Of a stretch of 64,000 nt of DNA, positions 62,270 to 64,000 are shown piece by piece; within the stretch, counting starts at the first letter, position 1, and every line of letters starts with the position of its first letter. The stretch comes from Harriotta raleighana (taxonomy: Eukaryota), in the NCBI GenBank assembly GCA_050575255.1, contig JBNZDD010013723.1, forward strand, positions 5,706,440 through 5,770,439, given 5' to 3'. Under the pieces are notes generated by a model. That model saw only the letters and a list, made by a program, of their open reading frames with translations. It was not told the origin of the DNA and did not search any database. Made by a program: the position numbers and the translations under genes.

Positions 62270-62406
62270 GAGGAGAAGCTTGCAGGGCTTTCGCGAGAGA
62301 GCCGGGGAATGGGAATGACTTTGAATAGCTCTTTCCAAAGGGCCGGCGCAGCCACGATGGGCCGAATGGCCTCCTTCTGTGCTATATAATTCTATGATTT
62401 TATGAT
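62270..62406 (+). mobile_element. CR1 3' UTR and terminus (repeated at 62478-62612 by an assembly duplication)
   Basis: gatgggccgaatggcctccttctgtgctatataattctatgattttatgat. Confidence 0.8.
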
Positions 62407-63046
62407 NGCATTTAGTATCAAGTATTGCTAAATGGTTTCCTTCGAGATGTCTTTTTTCAAGGTTAATTATTTGGGGAAGAGAAGCTTGCAGGGCTTTCGC
62501 GAGAGAGCCGGGAAGTGGGAATGACTTTGAATAGCTCTTTCCAAAGGGCCGGCGCAGCCACGATGGGCCGAATGGCCTCCTTCTGTGCTATATAATTCTA
62601 TGATTTTATGATGGTTGAACAGTATACAACAACAGAGTGTACTTATACAGTGCCCTCCACGCAGGGTAGTGTCTCAGAGAGCTTAACAGTAGCGGAGCTT
62701 GACTCCGAGCCAGGGGGAGATGGCCTTAAACACACCACCAACAACAACAAAATTACATTTATAGAGAACTTTTCATGTCGGGAGGATGTCCCAAGGCACC
62801 AATCGAAGCACGGTCGAAAAGGAAGGTTTTNTGTGCTATATAAGTGAATGCTTATTCACTTATAAAGGTTTATACTCTTTAAACCTTCTGTGCTATATAA
62901 TTCTATGATTCTATGATGGTTGAACAGTATACAACAACAGAGTGTACTTATACGGTGCCCTCCACGCAGGGTGGTGTCTCAGAGAGCTTAACAGTGGCGG
63001 AGCTTGACTCCGAGCCAGGGGGAGATGGCCTTAAACACACCACCAA

Positions 63047-63265
63047 GAACAACAAAATTACATTTATAGAGAGCCTTTCATGTCGGGAGGATGTCCCAAG
63101 GCACCAATCGAAGCACGGTCGAAAAGGAAGGTTTTCAGGCGGAACTTGAAAGAGAGGAGGGGGTAAGGCGGAGGGATTGAGAGAGAGTGTTCCAGAGTTT
63201 GGGGACATAGTGGCTGAAAGCGTGACCTTCGATGGTGCGAGGGATGAACAGGAGGCCAGTTCCAA
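63047..63265 (-). mobile_element. L2 LINE 3' fragment
   Basis: Reverse reads TIEGHAFSHYVPKLWNTLSQSLR...plus terminus ccttgggacatcctcccgacatgaaaggc. Confidence 0.8.
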
Positions 63266-64000
63266 TCAAACGGAGGTTGTCAGCACCAGCCTTTTGCTGG
63301 TGCCAATCTAAATACAGATATCTAAATGTTGGTGGAGGACCAGGGTTGTGGCAGAGCATTGGGTGACTTTGCAACTGGAATTTTATCTTTGTCTCACTTT
63401 ATCTCTGTTTATTCATGGAGTTAGGAAATAAATCCTGCTCATGCCCACTTTAAAGAGTTTCCTGTTTAAACCTGTTTAAAGAGTATAAACCTTTCAAGAA
63501 TTTCCGATCTATAGCCTTCTTGCTTTTGCTCTGAGATTGTACTTTCAGTCCTGGAAGCAGTATTTGTACTCTGGTGCTCATGACACTGACTGAGTTAGAT
63601 TGTGTCAAGTTTTGAGGTGGACTCAAACAACCTCCGCCGTCAGAACGATAAAGAAATGGAGAATCCTTGAGTTCAAGTAATATCTCAGGCTGTCTAGGTT
63701 TCCCGCCCCTTCTTATCTCAGCAATATAATTGACCTGAGGATTTCCTCTGGATCCCATGCTACTACTCCTCCGTATATAATAATCCTTGTGTTTGATATA
63801 GACCCTTATCACATCTTCGAGACATCTCAAATAAGGAATGAGAAAAAGGGAACACAAGCTGAAACAAAATTCAGAGAAGCTTGAGAGAATTTCTTTTGGC
63901 AAACATTTACAAACTAACAAGCCATGTGGTTGTGTTGGCAAAGGATAATAATAATAATCCTTATGTTAGATACAATGCTTTTCTCATCTTGTAGATGTCT

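Noticed and set aside
59206-64000. Further VWA8 exon (MIDAS DxSGS exon)
   Set aside because: No matching reading frame found; presumably beyond the window

Overview
Vertebrate nuclear DNA, most likely a cartilaginous fish. The tRNA/Deu-domain SINEs, L2, CR1, Penelope fragments and TA-flanked MITEs suggest a chimaera (holocephalan); this assignment is inference. Three spliced genes were reconstructed by hand with GT-AG boundaries and consistent phases. (1) MTRF1, minus strand, complete: 9 coding exons at 14364..5990, 451 aa, with GGQ, PEVGLS and RTTGG motifs and a probable non-coding exon 1/promoter near 16 kb. (2) RGCC, plus strand, complete: 5 coding exons at 20510..26999, 118 aa. (3) The last three coding exons of VWA8, minus strand, 59205..53964. 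The order matches the human 13q14 block, except that no NAA16 is visible between MTRF1 and RGCC; a 600-N gap lies there. The rest is intron and intergenic DNA rich in retroposons and MITEs. About ten single-N joins, most with a duplicated block on either side, are probably assembly artefacts. I found no evidence of a wholly new multi-gene system. The best leads are the NAA16 absence, a modular SINE family with long and short forms, a young nested subfamily and an L2-shared tail, templated-insertion repair scars, a minisatellite-sandwiched X-box promoter, and a possible unannotated minus-strand promoter/first exon near 2.4 kb. Repeat boundaries are approximate.
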